DNA from: Anaerotignum sp.
Lineage (GTDB): Bacteria > Bacillota > Clostridia > Lachnospirales > Anaerotignaceae
Length of the DNA: 64,000 nucleotides
Reading direction: 5' to 3'
NCBI GenBank assembly: GCA_017523325.1
Contig: JAFWWO010000010.1
Location: 11,005-75,004 of the forward strand
Shown here: piece after piece, positions 1 to 9,362 of the stretch
Position numbering within the stretch: position 1 is the first letter of the stretch
Layout of the letters: the number at the start of each line of letters is the position of its first letter
Notes under the pieces: generated by a model
Databases searched by the model: none
What the model was told of the DNA's origin: nothing
The model's input: only the letters and a program-made list of their open reading frames with translations
Translations under genes and position numbers: made by a program

Positions 1-1413
1 CATACCGTCAGCTTTCAGAGCAAATACACATCTTTCTGTGATGTACATTACTTCCTGTTTGTTTTCCAGAGCAACGTCACCATTGAATGTAACCTGTTCT
101 ACAGCCTTCAGGAATTTCTTCTGTTTGCCTTCCTGGGCGATGATAACCTTACCGTCTTCAATCTTCACCTTCAGACCACCTGCTGTGAAGGTGCCGCAGA
201 AGAATACCTTATGGGTGTTCTGTGTGATGTTGATGAAACCACCGCAGCCGGCGATACGAGGGCCGAATCTGGAAACGTTGATATTACCCTTTTCATCACA
301 TTCAGCCAGACCCAGATAGCACAGATCCAGACCGCCGCCATCATAGAAGTCGAACTGATAACCCTGATCCAACAGAGCGTCTGCGTTATACGCAGAACCG
401 AATCTGATGCCGCCGGCGGGCACACCGCCAACAGCGCCGCCTTCTACGGTCAGTGTCATGAAATCGCCGATACCTTCTTCGTTTGCAACAGATGCAACGT
501 ATTCAGGTGCACCAACGCCCAGGTTAACTGCAACGTCTTTTTCCAGTTCCAGTGCACCACGACGACCGATAACCTTCTTTGCACTCAAAGGCAGGGGTTC
601 GGGAGCTACGTCAGGCATACGGCTTTCACCGGACAGAGTGGGATCGTAATCGCAATCCAGAGTCTGCTGATGATCCGCAGGGTCAGCGATTACAACATAG
701 TCAACATAGATACCGGGAACCTTAACCAGACGAGGATCCAGAGTACCTGCTTTTACCATTCTTTCTACCTGAACGATAACGATACCGCCGCTGTTTTTAA
801 CAGCCTGGCATACAGATGTACCTTCCAGAGGGGAAACTTCCTTCTCAAAGGAAATGTTACCGCTTTCGTCAGCAATAGAACCTCTGATCATAGCTACATG
901 AATGGGGAATGCGGGGTAGAACAGATAGTCCTGACCTTTGATGTTCACCAATTCAATGATATCTTCCTTTGTGATGTCATTTACTTTACCGCCGCCATTT
1001 CTGGGGTCGATGAAAGTACCCAGACCAACCTTTGTGAATGTACCGGGTTTATGAGCCGCAATATCTCTGAACAGATGACACAATGCACCCTGAGATACAT
1101 TGTATGCTTCCATTTTGTTTTCCAGAGCCATTTTCGCCAAAGCGGGAACGGTAGCCCAGTGGCCGGCGATATATCTTTTCAGCATACCTTCGTGTGCATA
1201 GTGCTCAGCGCCACGACCGTCCTTGTTGCCCTGAGAACCGCAATAAACGTATGTCAGGTTTTTGGGCTCGCCTGTTTCCAAGAATCTTTTTTCCATTGCC
1301 TTATTCAGCGCTTCAGGAATTGCACTGGCAACGAAACCACTGGTTGTGATGGTATCGCCATTTTTAACCAGCTTTGCAGCTTCATCTGCAGTGATTACTT
1401 TCACTCGTCTCAT
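1..1413 (-). CDS. pct: Propionate CoA-transferase (3' end outside window)
   Basis: Not in the ORF track. Manual translation from ATG 1413 (SD AGGAGG) gives MRRVKVITADEAAKLVKNGDTITTSGF...CGSQGNKDGRGAEH...MTLTVEGGAVGGVP, matching C. propionicum Pct including the catalytic Glu region. Confidence 0.95.
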   Translation of the reverse strand, partial: MRRVKVITADEAAKLVKNGDTITTSGFVASAIPEALNKAMEKRFLETGEPKNLTYVYCGSQGNKDGRGAEHYAHEGMLKRYIAGHWATVPALAKMALENKMEAYNVSQGALCHLFRDIAAHKPGTFTKVGLGTFIDPRNGGGKVNDITKEDIIELVNIKGQDYLFYPAFPIHVAMIRGSIADESGNISFEKEVSPLEGTSVCQAVKNSGGIVIVQVERMVKAGTLDPRLVKVPGIYVDYVVIADPADHQQTLDCDYDPTLSGESRMPDVAPEPLPLSAKKVIGRRGALELEKDVAVNLGVGAPEYVASVANEEGIGDFMTLTVEGGAVGGVPAGGIRFGSAYNADALLDQGYQFDFYDGGGLDLCYLGLAECDEKGNINVSRFGPRIAGCGGFINITQNTHKVFFCGTFTAGGLKVKIEDGKVIIAQEGKQKKFLKAVEQVTFNGDVALENKQEVMYITERCVFALKADGM

Positions 1414-1514
1414 CGTCAAAATCCTCCTAACATTTTTGTTTTCAGTAATGCTAAGACACCGGAGCGGTTGCCCGCCCCAGTGTCGAAATTGCTTCCATCA
1501 AGCAATGCGGTGAA

Positions 1515-2639
1515 TTACAGCATTTCTACGAAGGACTGCAGTCTTGTCTTAACCTGTTCGAAGGAGGAAACTTCCTGGTCAACTTCGATCATCAGGTTCT
1601 TGATGCCTTTTTCTTCAAATTCTCTGTACATTACAGGGTAATCCCATTCTTCAGGGTCACAGAATTTCATCATCGCAACGATAACTGCGTCTGCGCCTGT
1701 CTGGATTGTCTTGTTAATCAGCATTTTGCCGCGGCCTTTCTTTGTATCTGTTGCAACGGAGCAACCATACATCTGCTGCCAAGCCTTAGCCATTCTGTAC
1801 AGAGGTCCTTCTTCGCCGTCCAGAACGTCCACACGGATCTGTCTGGATTCCTGAGCCAAATCGTCGTCTACGATAGCCAGTTTGAATTCGTTGAAGATGT
1901 CCAGCAGTTCGTTGGGCTCAAGCAGGATACCGGTTACAACAACCTTCTTGCCGTCCCAAGGCTGAACAGGCATAGCCTTTACTTCTTCAATCAACTCTTT
2001 TACCAGAGCTGTGTGTTTTTCTTTCAGCATGAACTGTCTTGCTTTGAATACAGCATGACGGCTTACTGCATCGATTACCTGAGGGTAATCAGCTGCAACC
2101 TTTACGAATTCACGCATTACTGCTCTGTTTTCGTTGTAGATTGCAATAGATCTTTCCAAAGCTGCATTTGTGATTTTCACATCCAGATAAGCTTCCAGCT
2201 GTTTCTTCACCAATTCATATTCTGTTACCAGGAACTGATTTGCAGCTTCCAAGCCTCTGTTCTGAGGATGTGTGAACACGATAACAGGGCTTGTGCCTTT
2301 CCATTTCTGGCTCAAGCATTTCAGTGTATCACAAGGTACGGAGAATACAACCGCCGCCAGATCATCATAAGCACCTTCGCACTGCAGTTCCATAACCTGC
2401 TGCATGATGGAACAAGCAAATGCAGGCAGATATGTACGTGCCTTGGAAATTGTTTTACCCTGTGCACCCCAAATGCCCATGGGCAGATAACCTGCTGCGT
2501 GAACCATTTCTTCAGGAGAGTAAATAGGCATGATACCTACCGCACCCTTACCTGTTTCAGCCTTAAAATCATCCATTGCTTTCTTGGGATTAGCCGCAAT
2601 GTCTTTCAGTTGGGATAAAATAGTTTCAACTTTACTCAT
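1515..2639 (-). CDS. lcdB: Lactoyl-CoA dehydratase subunit beta
   Basis: 2-hydroxyacyl-CoA dehydratase family (PCDTLK, KFCDPEEWDYP); operon context. Confidence 0.93.
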   Translation of the reverse strand: MSKVETILSQLKDIAANPKKAMDDFKAETGKGAVGIMPIYSPEEMVHAAGYLPMGIWGAQGKTISKARTYLPAFACSIMQQVMELQCEGAYDDLAAVVFSVPCDTLKCLSQKWKGTSPVIVFTHPQNRGLEAANQFLVTEYELVKKQLEAYLDVKITNAALERSIAIYNENRAVMREFVKVAADYPQVIDAVSRHAVFKARQFMLKEKHTALVKELIEEVKAMPVQPWDGKKVVVTGILLEPNELLDIFNEFKLAIVDDDLAQESRQIRVDVLDGEEGPLYRMAKAWQQMYGCSVATDTKKGRGKMLINKTIQTGADAVIVAMMKFCDPEEWDYPVMYREFEEKGIKNLMIEVDQEVSSFEQVKTRLQSFVEML

Positions 2640-2654
2640 CGTTTTCTCCTCCTC

Positions 2655-3923
2655 TTATTCTGCTGCTGCCAAGTTGGCTTCCATCATTTCAACCAGAGCC
2701 TGAACACGTGTATCGAACTGAGCGGGAGAGAATACGCGAGGATCTGTCTGGTCACCGTCAAAGCTTACATAAGGTTTGCCGTTCTTCTCTTTGATGATTT
2801 CAGCTGTTTCTACATTCAAGAAACTCATCAGCTTACAGCTTCTGTTCAGGTGGTAGATTGTACCGTCAATCTGACCTTTGTTCATAATGTTCATCAGCAC
2901 TTCAACCTTGTTGCTCAAGCATGTGTTGATGTAAATTCTGGTATAAGCTTCTGCCATGGAATGCAAAGATTCATCATCTGCGTCATAGTGCAGATCCCAC
3001 AATGCGGGATAAGCAGTACCAGTCATAATCGCACCCAGACCCTTCAGGGACTTGAATGTATGACCCAAGTGAGGCCATACGGCGATGCCTTCCCACTGAA
3101 CACGGGTTTTTTCTTCACCCTTGAACGCATAAATACCTGCCTTCAGATTTTCTTCCAATTCATCAGCAAATGCTTTGAATGTGATTTCAGCATAATCCAA
3201 GGAACGGCAAGCAACAATCAGTGCCATGTAGTTGAACAAATCGAAACCGTTCAAAGGAGAGGGTTTGTACTGTGCCATATCAGCGATTCTGTTCCAGTGA
3301 TATACGGAACGCTGTGTCTGGTCTTTTACTTCTTTGAATTTCTTCCAATCGAAAGGTTTTCCGCAGATTACTTCCAGCTGAGAAATTGCATTTCTGAACT
3401 GATCAGCGATGTATGCCTTTGCATATTCGGGAATAGGCATTGTGTGGTTGAAAGGCACGTCGATTACGATGCAGGGGATATCCAATTCAGCTGCAAGGTT
3501 TTCGTACCATTTCAACAATGTGTTACAAATATTGTTACATGTGATTACCAAATCGGGCAGAGGAACATCTGCTGCAGGAGAGTTTACCAGTACTTCCGGT
3601 TTTTTGCCTGTAATAGCAGTTTCTTTCAAGCATTCCATGTAGCCCATGTTTACTCTGCCGTAAGAACAGCAGTCAATGTTGTAGCCTTTTCTGTCGGCCA
3701 CTTCCAACATATCCATTGCACCTTTTCTTGCACCGATACCGGCTGCGTGGGTTTCAGGGTAAATCATAGCGATGCCCATAGTTACGCAGAATTCCGGAGG
3801 TGCTACGGAAGCAGACCAACAAACAAGGTCGCCTCTTGCTTTAGCTTCTCTTGCATCCTGATCAGCTTTGTTCTGATAGTAGGCCAACAATTTTTTTGCG
3901 CTCATGCCTTGTGTTAAACTCAT
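2655..3923 (-). CDS. lcdA: Lactoyl-CoA dehydratase subunit alpha
   Basis: YPETHAAGIGARKG, CNNICN, NRSCK and DGDQTDPR motifs of the HgdA/LcdA family. Confidence 0.93.
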   Translation of the reverse strand: MSLTQGMSAKKLLAYYQNKADQDAREAKARGDLVCWSASVAPPEFCVTMGIAMIYPETHAAGIGARKGAMDMLEVADRKGYNIDCCSYGRVNMGYMECLKETAITGKKPEVLVNSPAADVPLPDLVITCNNICNTLLKWYENLAAELDIPCIVIDVPFNHTMPIPEYAKAYIADQFRNAISQLEVICGKPFDWKKFKEVKDQTQRSVYHWNRIADMAQYKPSPLNGFDLFNYMALIVACRSLDYAEITFKAFADELEENLKAGIYAFKGEEKTRVQWEGIAVWPHLGHTFKSLKGLGAIMTGTAYPALWDLHYDADDESLHSMAEAYTRIYINTCLSNKVEVLMNIMNKGQIDGTIYHLNRSCKLMSFLNVETAEIIKEKNGKPYVSFDGDQTDPRVFSPAQFDTRVQALVEMMEANLAAAE

Positions 3924-3938
3924 TCTAATCCCTCTTTC

Positions 3939-4718
3939 TTAATTTTTTTGTGCCGCCTCATATGCGAACAATGCCGCACCGAGAGCGCCTGTTGTTTGTG
4001 GATTTGGTGCCACAATTACATCTGTTTTTAATACGCCAGCCACCGCTCTTACAACACCTGCGTTTTGTGCAACGCCGCCGGTCATAACAACGTCTTTTTC
4101 CAAGCCGCCTCTGTAAGCAAGGCCGCAAGCTCTGCTGGCAACCGAAAGGTGAACCCCTTTGATGATGTTGTTTCTGCTCTCACCATTGGAAAGCTGGGAA
4201 ATGACTTCGGATTCTGCAAATACCGTACAGGTACTGCTGATCGGAGCCGTATCCGTTGCCTGTTCATCCAATTCGGCCATTTTGTCGAGAGTCGTTTCCA
4301 GAACTCTTGCCATAACTTCCAGGAAACGTCCCGTACCTGCCGCACATTTATCATTCATAAAAAACTGCTTGATACCGCCATTGTTATCCAGCCTGATTGC
4401 TTTTGCATCCTGACCGCCGATATCAATGATGGTGCGTGCAGTGGGTACCAAAAAATAAATCCCTTTGGCATGGCAGCTGATTTCGCTGACCTGCTTGTCT
4501 GCATCTTTGAAAGCAAATCTGCCATAGCCGGTTGCAACAGTGTAGGAAATATCTTCCTTTTTCAGCCCACTGGTTTCGATAACCTTTTCCAAAGCTCTCT
4601 GAGGCCCTGTGGAGCCTGTGCCGATCTGGACAACCTCAGCGGCTACGATGTCCTTCCCGTCTTTTAGAATGACAGCCTTAGACGAAGCGGAGCCAACATC
4701 AATGCCCAACGTATACAT
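3939..4718 (-). CDS. lcdC: Lactoyl-CoA dehydratase activator (ASKHA ATPase, 4Fe-4S)
   Basis: GIDVGS, DIGGQD, MNDKCAAGTGRF, STCTVFAESE; start moved to ATG 4718 after SD GGAGGAGG. Confidence 0.94.
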   Translation of the reverse strand: MYTLGIDVGSASSKAVILKDGKDIVAAEVVQIGTGSTGPQRALEKVIETSGLKKEDISYTVATGYGRFAFKDADKQVSEISCHAKGIYFLVPTARTIIDIGGQDAKAIRLDNNGGIKQFFMNDKCAAGTGRFLEVMARVLETTLDKMAELDEQATDTAPISSTCTVFAESEVISQLSNGESRNNIIKGVHLSVASRACGLAYRGGLEKDVVMTGGVAQNAGVVRAVAGVLKTDVIVAPNPQTTGALGAALFAYEAAQKN

Positions 4719-4923
4719 TCTCTTTCTACCTCCTCCGTTTCTATATTTAACCATGCGATAAAACAATCATGAAAACAGCAGATGGTATGCAATCTCCGTG
4801 CGATATTTTTTTCGCAAACCATCCGGCGAACCGCAACAGAAAAAACCTATATCTTTCAATATAAGTTTCATTCTCGTTACCGCCCTAAATACGGGTCATA
4901 TTTATCCCCCTGTATTTGTCTTG

Positions 4924-4952
4924 ATTATAACACCATTGTTTTTATATTTCAA
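4924..4952 (-). promoter_or_regulatory. SigA promoter of the lcdCAB-pct operon
   Basis: Minus strand TTGAAA-17bp-TATAAT with TGn extended -10. Confidence 0.7.
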
Positions 4953-5451
4953 CCTAAATTGTTAAAAATTTATTATAATTTTGATTTTTTTGCGGAAAAA
5001 CCATAGAGATTTTTCTCGTTTTTTGCTTATGTATACAAAATACAATAATTTCTCCTTATTTTTCCTGAATTTTTGTAAAAAAAAGCTTAAATTTTCCGAA
5101 TTTCCTTCCCATTTTTGACAAATTCTTTCTTTTGCAAGCCTCTTTGGATTTGGGAATTGATTTGAAACGGCACCCACCTCCTCAAAAAATATTCCCATTC
5201 CCCATAGCCTGCCTATCCAAACCTCCGATTCACCCCTTGTATTTTGTTAAATTATATGCAAAATCTCATTTGGTATGACTCCCTGTCCCCTGCGGCTTTT
5301 CGCAGTTTTTTCCAATATCTTCCGTATGGGGACTTTACTGTTCCAAAAAGCGGAATTTTTCCTCCATTGTATCAAAAAAGGAACCTCTCGCACAATGCAG
5401 AGCTTCCTTTTTTATGCTTTTTGAAACCTCTGTGATGGGTTTCTTCCTAAA

Positions 5452-6552
5452 TTATATATCTCTGTTTTCTCCGGCTGCCTGCCCGATTTTTTGCAGCAGC
5501 TCTTCCTCTGTCATCACCGCAAAGGGAGAGATTCCAAGCTGTTGTGCCATATCCTCCAAAAAGGCGATGAGGATTTCATAATATCCTCCCTCTTTCACCT
5601 TCAGCTTTTTGGCTAATTTCGGCAAAATTTTTTCATTGAGTTCTCGTAAAGATGGTTTCTTTTGTCCGTATTTTTCTTCTATCAATGTCTTGATGGCAAA
5701 ATAGGCTTGGGTTTCGTCCCATTGACGGTCGATGTAATAGGTCTCGCCGGCTAAGCCGTACAGCATCTTTAACCCATCAAAATAACCCCGCTGCATATCC
5801 TTTTTGCTTTGCTCCGGCTCAAACTGCAAAATACCGCCCAATTTTTCCTTGGGCGCAACGGTAATCATATTGGCATCCTCCGGTATGGTCACCCTCTTTT
5901 CAAACCCGATGCCGTAAATACGAATTACAATAATATCCCGATAGCCCCGCTTCAGCAGACAGTCCACCGGCACCAAATTCTGCACACCGCCGTCCAGAAA
6001 TTGCTTTCCTTCCAACCGCTTCCGCTGAAAAATAGGCAGATATGCACTGGCAAGCAGCATATTTCGCAGTGTTTCCGGATCCAAAGTATCCGCATCTAAA
6101 TCCAATTCCTTTTTGTCCGTCAGGGAATAGGTCACCAAAAATAACTTCACCGGAGAACGATGGATTTTTTCTCCATCTACCTGCTCCTCCAATAGCTTTC
6201 GCAAAGGTGCAATATCCAGCCCGCCCTCTTTTACCGCATCTACGCAGTCTTTTAGGAAATCCTTCCATTCCACCTCCAGAAAATCGCCGCGATATAGCTT
6301 ACGCATCTGTGCATCGTCCACATTCATGACATCGGAAAAGGTAATATTCTCCCAAAGGTTTATGGCCTGCTCCAAATCCCCCATAGCCATCAGAGCACCA
6401 TTCAACGCACCGACAGAACTTCCTGCCACCGCACAGTATTTCACGCCATTCTCCTCCAAAGCCTTCCAGACGCCTATCTCGTAGGCGCCTTTTGCACCGC
6501 CGCCCTCCAAAGCAATGGCGTATTCCTTTGATGTATCCAGTTTCAACTTCAT
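5452..6552 (-). CDS. Patatin-like phospholipase
   Basis: GGGAKG, GSSVG (GxSxG) and DGG motifs. Confidence 0.9.
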   Translation of the reverse strand: MKLKLDTSKEYAIALEGGGAKGAYEIGVWKALEENGVKYCAVAGSSVGALNGALMAMGDLEQAINLWENITFSDVMNVDDAQMRKLYRGDFLEVEWKDFLKDCVDAVKEGGLDIAPLRKLLEEQVDGEKIHRSPVKLFLVTYSLTDKKELDLDADTLDPETLRNMLLASAYLPIFQRKRLEGKQFLDGGVQNLVPVDCLLKRGYRDIIVIRIYGIGFEKRVTIPEDANMITVAPKEKLGGILQFEPEQSKKDMQRGYFDGLKMLYGLAGETYYIDRQWDETQAYFAIKTLIEEKYGQKKPSLRELNEKILPKLAKKLKVKEGGYYEILIAFLEDMAQQLGISPFAVMTEEELLQKIGQAAGENRDI

Positions 6553-6573
6553 CTGTCCGCCCCTTTTCACATC

Positions 6574-7971
6574 TTATTCCAACGCATCTAAGGCCGCCCG
6601 CAGTATTTTCCCTGCAATGGGTGTCGCACTGCCGTAATTGGCATCTTCAATCACAACGGCCACTGCCACCTTTGGGTTTTCCGCCGGTGCAAAGCCAATA
6701 AACCAGCTGTGGTCGTTCCCCGTGGCATTTTCCGCCGTACCGGTTTTTCCGGCAACGGTGACGCCGCCCAGCGCCGCCGCTCCTCCGGTGCCTCCGGTCA
6801 CAACTTCTGTCATCATTTCTTTCAAAATCTCCGCCTCTTTCGGCGTGCAAATCTCCGTCACTTTTTGGGGCACTGTGTTTTTCCCCGTTTCCCCATTGGC
6901 ATAAACAATATGGTCCACAATATACGGCTGCATCATCAACCCTTCATTGGCAATGGCAGAGGCCAGCATCGCCATGTATAGAGGCGTCACACCGGTTCTG
7001 CCCTGCCCAATGGCAGTTTCTACCAATTCACTTTCCGTTGCACCTTTTTGCAATTTGATCGTATTGGGGCTGTATGCCAGTTCAAAATGATACGGCATAT
7101 TCATGCCCGCCTGCTCCATGGTTTTTGCCAGCTTTTCCGCACCGATTTTTTCTGCCAGTGCCGCAAAATAGCAGTTGCAGGAAGCGGCCAGCGCCCCCTT
7201 TATATCCACCGTTCCATGGGCTTTATTATGGTAGCAATGGATTACCTTATCTTGGAATGAGGTTTCTCCCGTACAATCAAAGGTAAAGCTCTCCCAGTCA
7301 GCAAGATGCTCCATACCTGCCAATGCCGTTATGGTTTTGAATGTAGAGCCGGGGGGATATAGCCCTTGGGTACCTCTGTTGACCAAGGGGCTGTCCTCGT
7401 GATCCCGCAGCCTCTCCCAATGGGTCTCCACCGTATTGGGGTCAAAATCCGGATAGGCCTGCAATGCCAAAATCCGCCCGGTGGAAGGCTCCATCACGAC
7501 AATGGCGCCCTTTTTGCTACCCAGCAAATTCCCCGCAACGGACTGTATATCCATATCCACCGTCAGAGAAATACTATTGCCTTTTAATTCCGTTTTTCTT
7601 AATATGCCGCTGAGCCGTTGCAGAAATTCATGGTGCAGGGTCATCAGTTGGAAATTCTCTGCCGCCTCCACACCCGTTTTGCCTACACTGCTGTAACCGG
7701 TAATATGTGCCGCCATTCTGGCTCGGGGATATTCCCGTTTGTATGTACCGTCATTTTGCAATGCACTGGTAGCAAGAACTTCGCCGTCCTTATCCAGTAC
7801 ATCGCCCCGCCTGATGGTTTCGTCTGCATAACGCAGACGGGGGTTATAGGCATTGCCGGAAATCTCCTGCCGCTCCACCAGCGCCAGCTTTCCCAAATAC
7901 CCCAACAACAGAAAGAAGCATAGTGCCAAAAGCCAGAATATCCGCCGCATACTTCGCTTTAGATTACTCAT
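6574..7971 (-). CDS. Class B penicillin-binding transpeptidase (PbpA-like)
   Basis: N-terminal TM; STFK, SCN and KTG motifs. Confidence 0.9.
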   Translation of the reverse strand: MSNLKRSMRRIFWLLALCFFLLLGYLGKLALVERQEISGNAYNPRLRYADETIRRGDVLDKDGEVLATSALQNDGTYKREYPRARMAAHITGYSSVGKTGVEAAENFQLMTLHHEFLQRLSGILRKTELKGNSISLTVDMDIQSVAGNLLGSKKGAIVVMEPSTGRILALQAYPDFDPNTVETHWERLRDHEDSPLVNRGTQGLYPPGSTFKTITALAGMEHLADWESFTFDCTGETSFQDKVIHCYHNKAHGTVDIKGALAASCNCYFAALAEKIGAEKLAKTMEQAGMNMPYHFELAYSPNTIKLQKGATESELVETAIGQGRTGVTPLYMAMLASAIANEGLMMQPYIVDHIVYANGETGKNTVPQKVTEICTPKEAEILKEMMTEVVTGGTGGAAALGGVTVAGKTGTAENATGNDHSWFIGFAPAENPKVAVAVVIEDANYGSATPIAGKILRAALDALE

Positions 7972-9358
7972 CTGCACCACTCCTTTCCATGCCCAATTGT
8001 TCTGAGGGAAGCTGTTCCTCACGGTAATGCTGCTCGCAATATACACATACCCATTGTAACAAACCAATCATCATCAAGCTAACCAAAACAGAACTGCCGC
8101 CATAGCTGACAAAAGGCAATGTCACCCCCGTCAAGGGAATCAACTTAATTACACCGCCTAAAATCACAAAGGCCTGAAAGGAAATCATGGTAGTAACCCC
8201 TGCCGCAAGTATGCTGTAATACCTGCGTTTGCAGTCCAAAGCAATCCGCACCCCACGGTATAAAAGCATGATAAAAATACCAATCAGCCCTGCGCCGAAA
8301 ATCACACCAAACTCCTCGCAGATAGCCGCAAAAATCATATCACTTTCCACAACCGGAATGCTTTTGGGCATACCCTTTGTCAGGCCGCTGCCCAACAGTC
8401 CCCAGGTGGTAATAGCAAAGAGGGCGCTGACGATTTGGTACCCACCGGTATCAATATCTGCCCAAGGGTTCTGCCATGCCGCCACCCTCACCCGCACATG
8501 GGAAAACAGCTTATAGGCACCCATCGCCGCTATGCTTGCCCCGCCCATGCCCAGCAGGAACAAAAATTCATTGGCTGTGGCAATATAAAGCAGTACCATA
8601 TAGGTCATGACAAAGATGAGGGCACTGCCCAAATCCTTTTGCATCACCAATAAAAGCACCAATCCGGCACTCAAAAAGCCTGTTGTCAAAAACTCCTTCC
8701 ATTCCACCCGCTTGCGGAATACACTGGCGAGATAGAACACAAATAGGAATTTCACAATTTCCGAAGGCTGAAACGTAATTCTGAAGGCCTCTGGCCCAAA
8801 GGAAAGCCAGTTGGTTGAGCCGCCCTTTTCCACACCGAAAAAGTTGGTGCAAAGCAGCAATCCGTAGCAAACGATGATATATGCCCATTCAAATATCTCA
8901 AACCGCGGTATCAGTCGGAAAAAGAAGGGCAAAAACAGCATACCCGCCAACCCAATGCACATCCATACCAATTGGCGATAGGCCAAAGCAGGGGAAAGCC
9001 GCTGCAGCATAATCAAGCTTACGTCCATGAGAAACAGCATACCCGTCCAAATCAACGGACAGCCTTCGTAATAATACCTGTCCAACAGCCTCACAGACAT
9101 CAGTAAAAAGCCAAAGGAAACCGCCCCAAAACCCAGTGTTTTCCAATCAAATAAATGGGTTTCTGGGTTATAAGAAAGAACCAAAAAAGCCGTAATGTGC
9201 ATCAGCACCACGATTCTTCGCTGCATGGAAACGGCACTGTAAGGGTTTCCTAAAAAGCCGCCCTGCTCGTAAGCGATATATACAATTCCCTGCCATAAAA
9301 ACAGAATGATATAAAGCACAAATACATATCTGCTCAGCATAATGATTAAGTCAAACAT
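7964..9358 (-). CDS. SEDS family (FtsW/RodA/SpoVE) glycosyltransferase
   Basis: Multi-TM; FQPSEIVK, QKDLGS, PLTGVTLPFVSYGGSS. Confidence 0.92.
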   Translation of the reverse strand: MFDLIIMLSRYVFVLYIILFLWQGIVYIAYEQGGFLGNPYSAVSMQRRIVVLMHITAFLVLSYNPETHLFDWKTLGFGAVSFGFLLMSVRLLDRYYYEGCPLIWTGMLFLMDVSLIMLQRLSPALAYRQLVWMCIGLAGMLFLPFFFRLIPRFEIFEWAYIIVCYGLLLCTNFFGVEKGGSTNWLSFGPEAFRITFQPSEIVKFLFVFYLASVFRKRVEWKEFLTTGFLSAGLVLLLVMQKDLGSALIFVMTYMVLLYIATANEFLFLLGMGGASIAAMGAYKLFSHVRVRVAAWQNPWADIDTGGYQIVSALFAITTWGLLGSGLTKGMPKSIPVVESDMIFAAICEEFGVIFGAGLIGIFIMLLYRGVRIALDCKRRYYSILAAGVTTMISFQAFVILGGVIKLIPLTGVTLPFVSYGGSSVLVSLMMIGLLQWVCVYCEQHYREEQLPSEQLGMERSGADE

Positions 9359-9362
9359 AGCA

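Noticed and set aside
211-4667. Long + strand ORFs (211-1641, 2013-2618, 2850-3917, 4065-4667)
   Set aside because: Antisense shadows of pct and lcd genes with no recognisable motifs; the same pattern occurs opposite the oxidoreductase and ATPase genes
4787-4803. Sigma54-like TCGCACG-N4-TTGCA upstream of lcdC (minus strand)
   Set aside because: The near-invariant -24 GG is CG, and a strong SigA promoter exists further upstream
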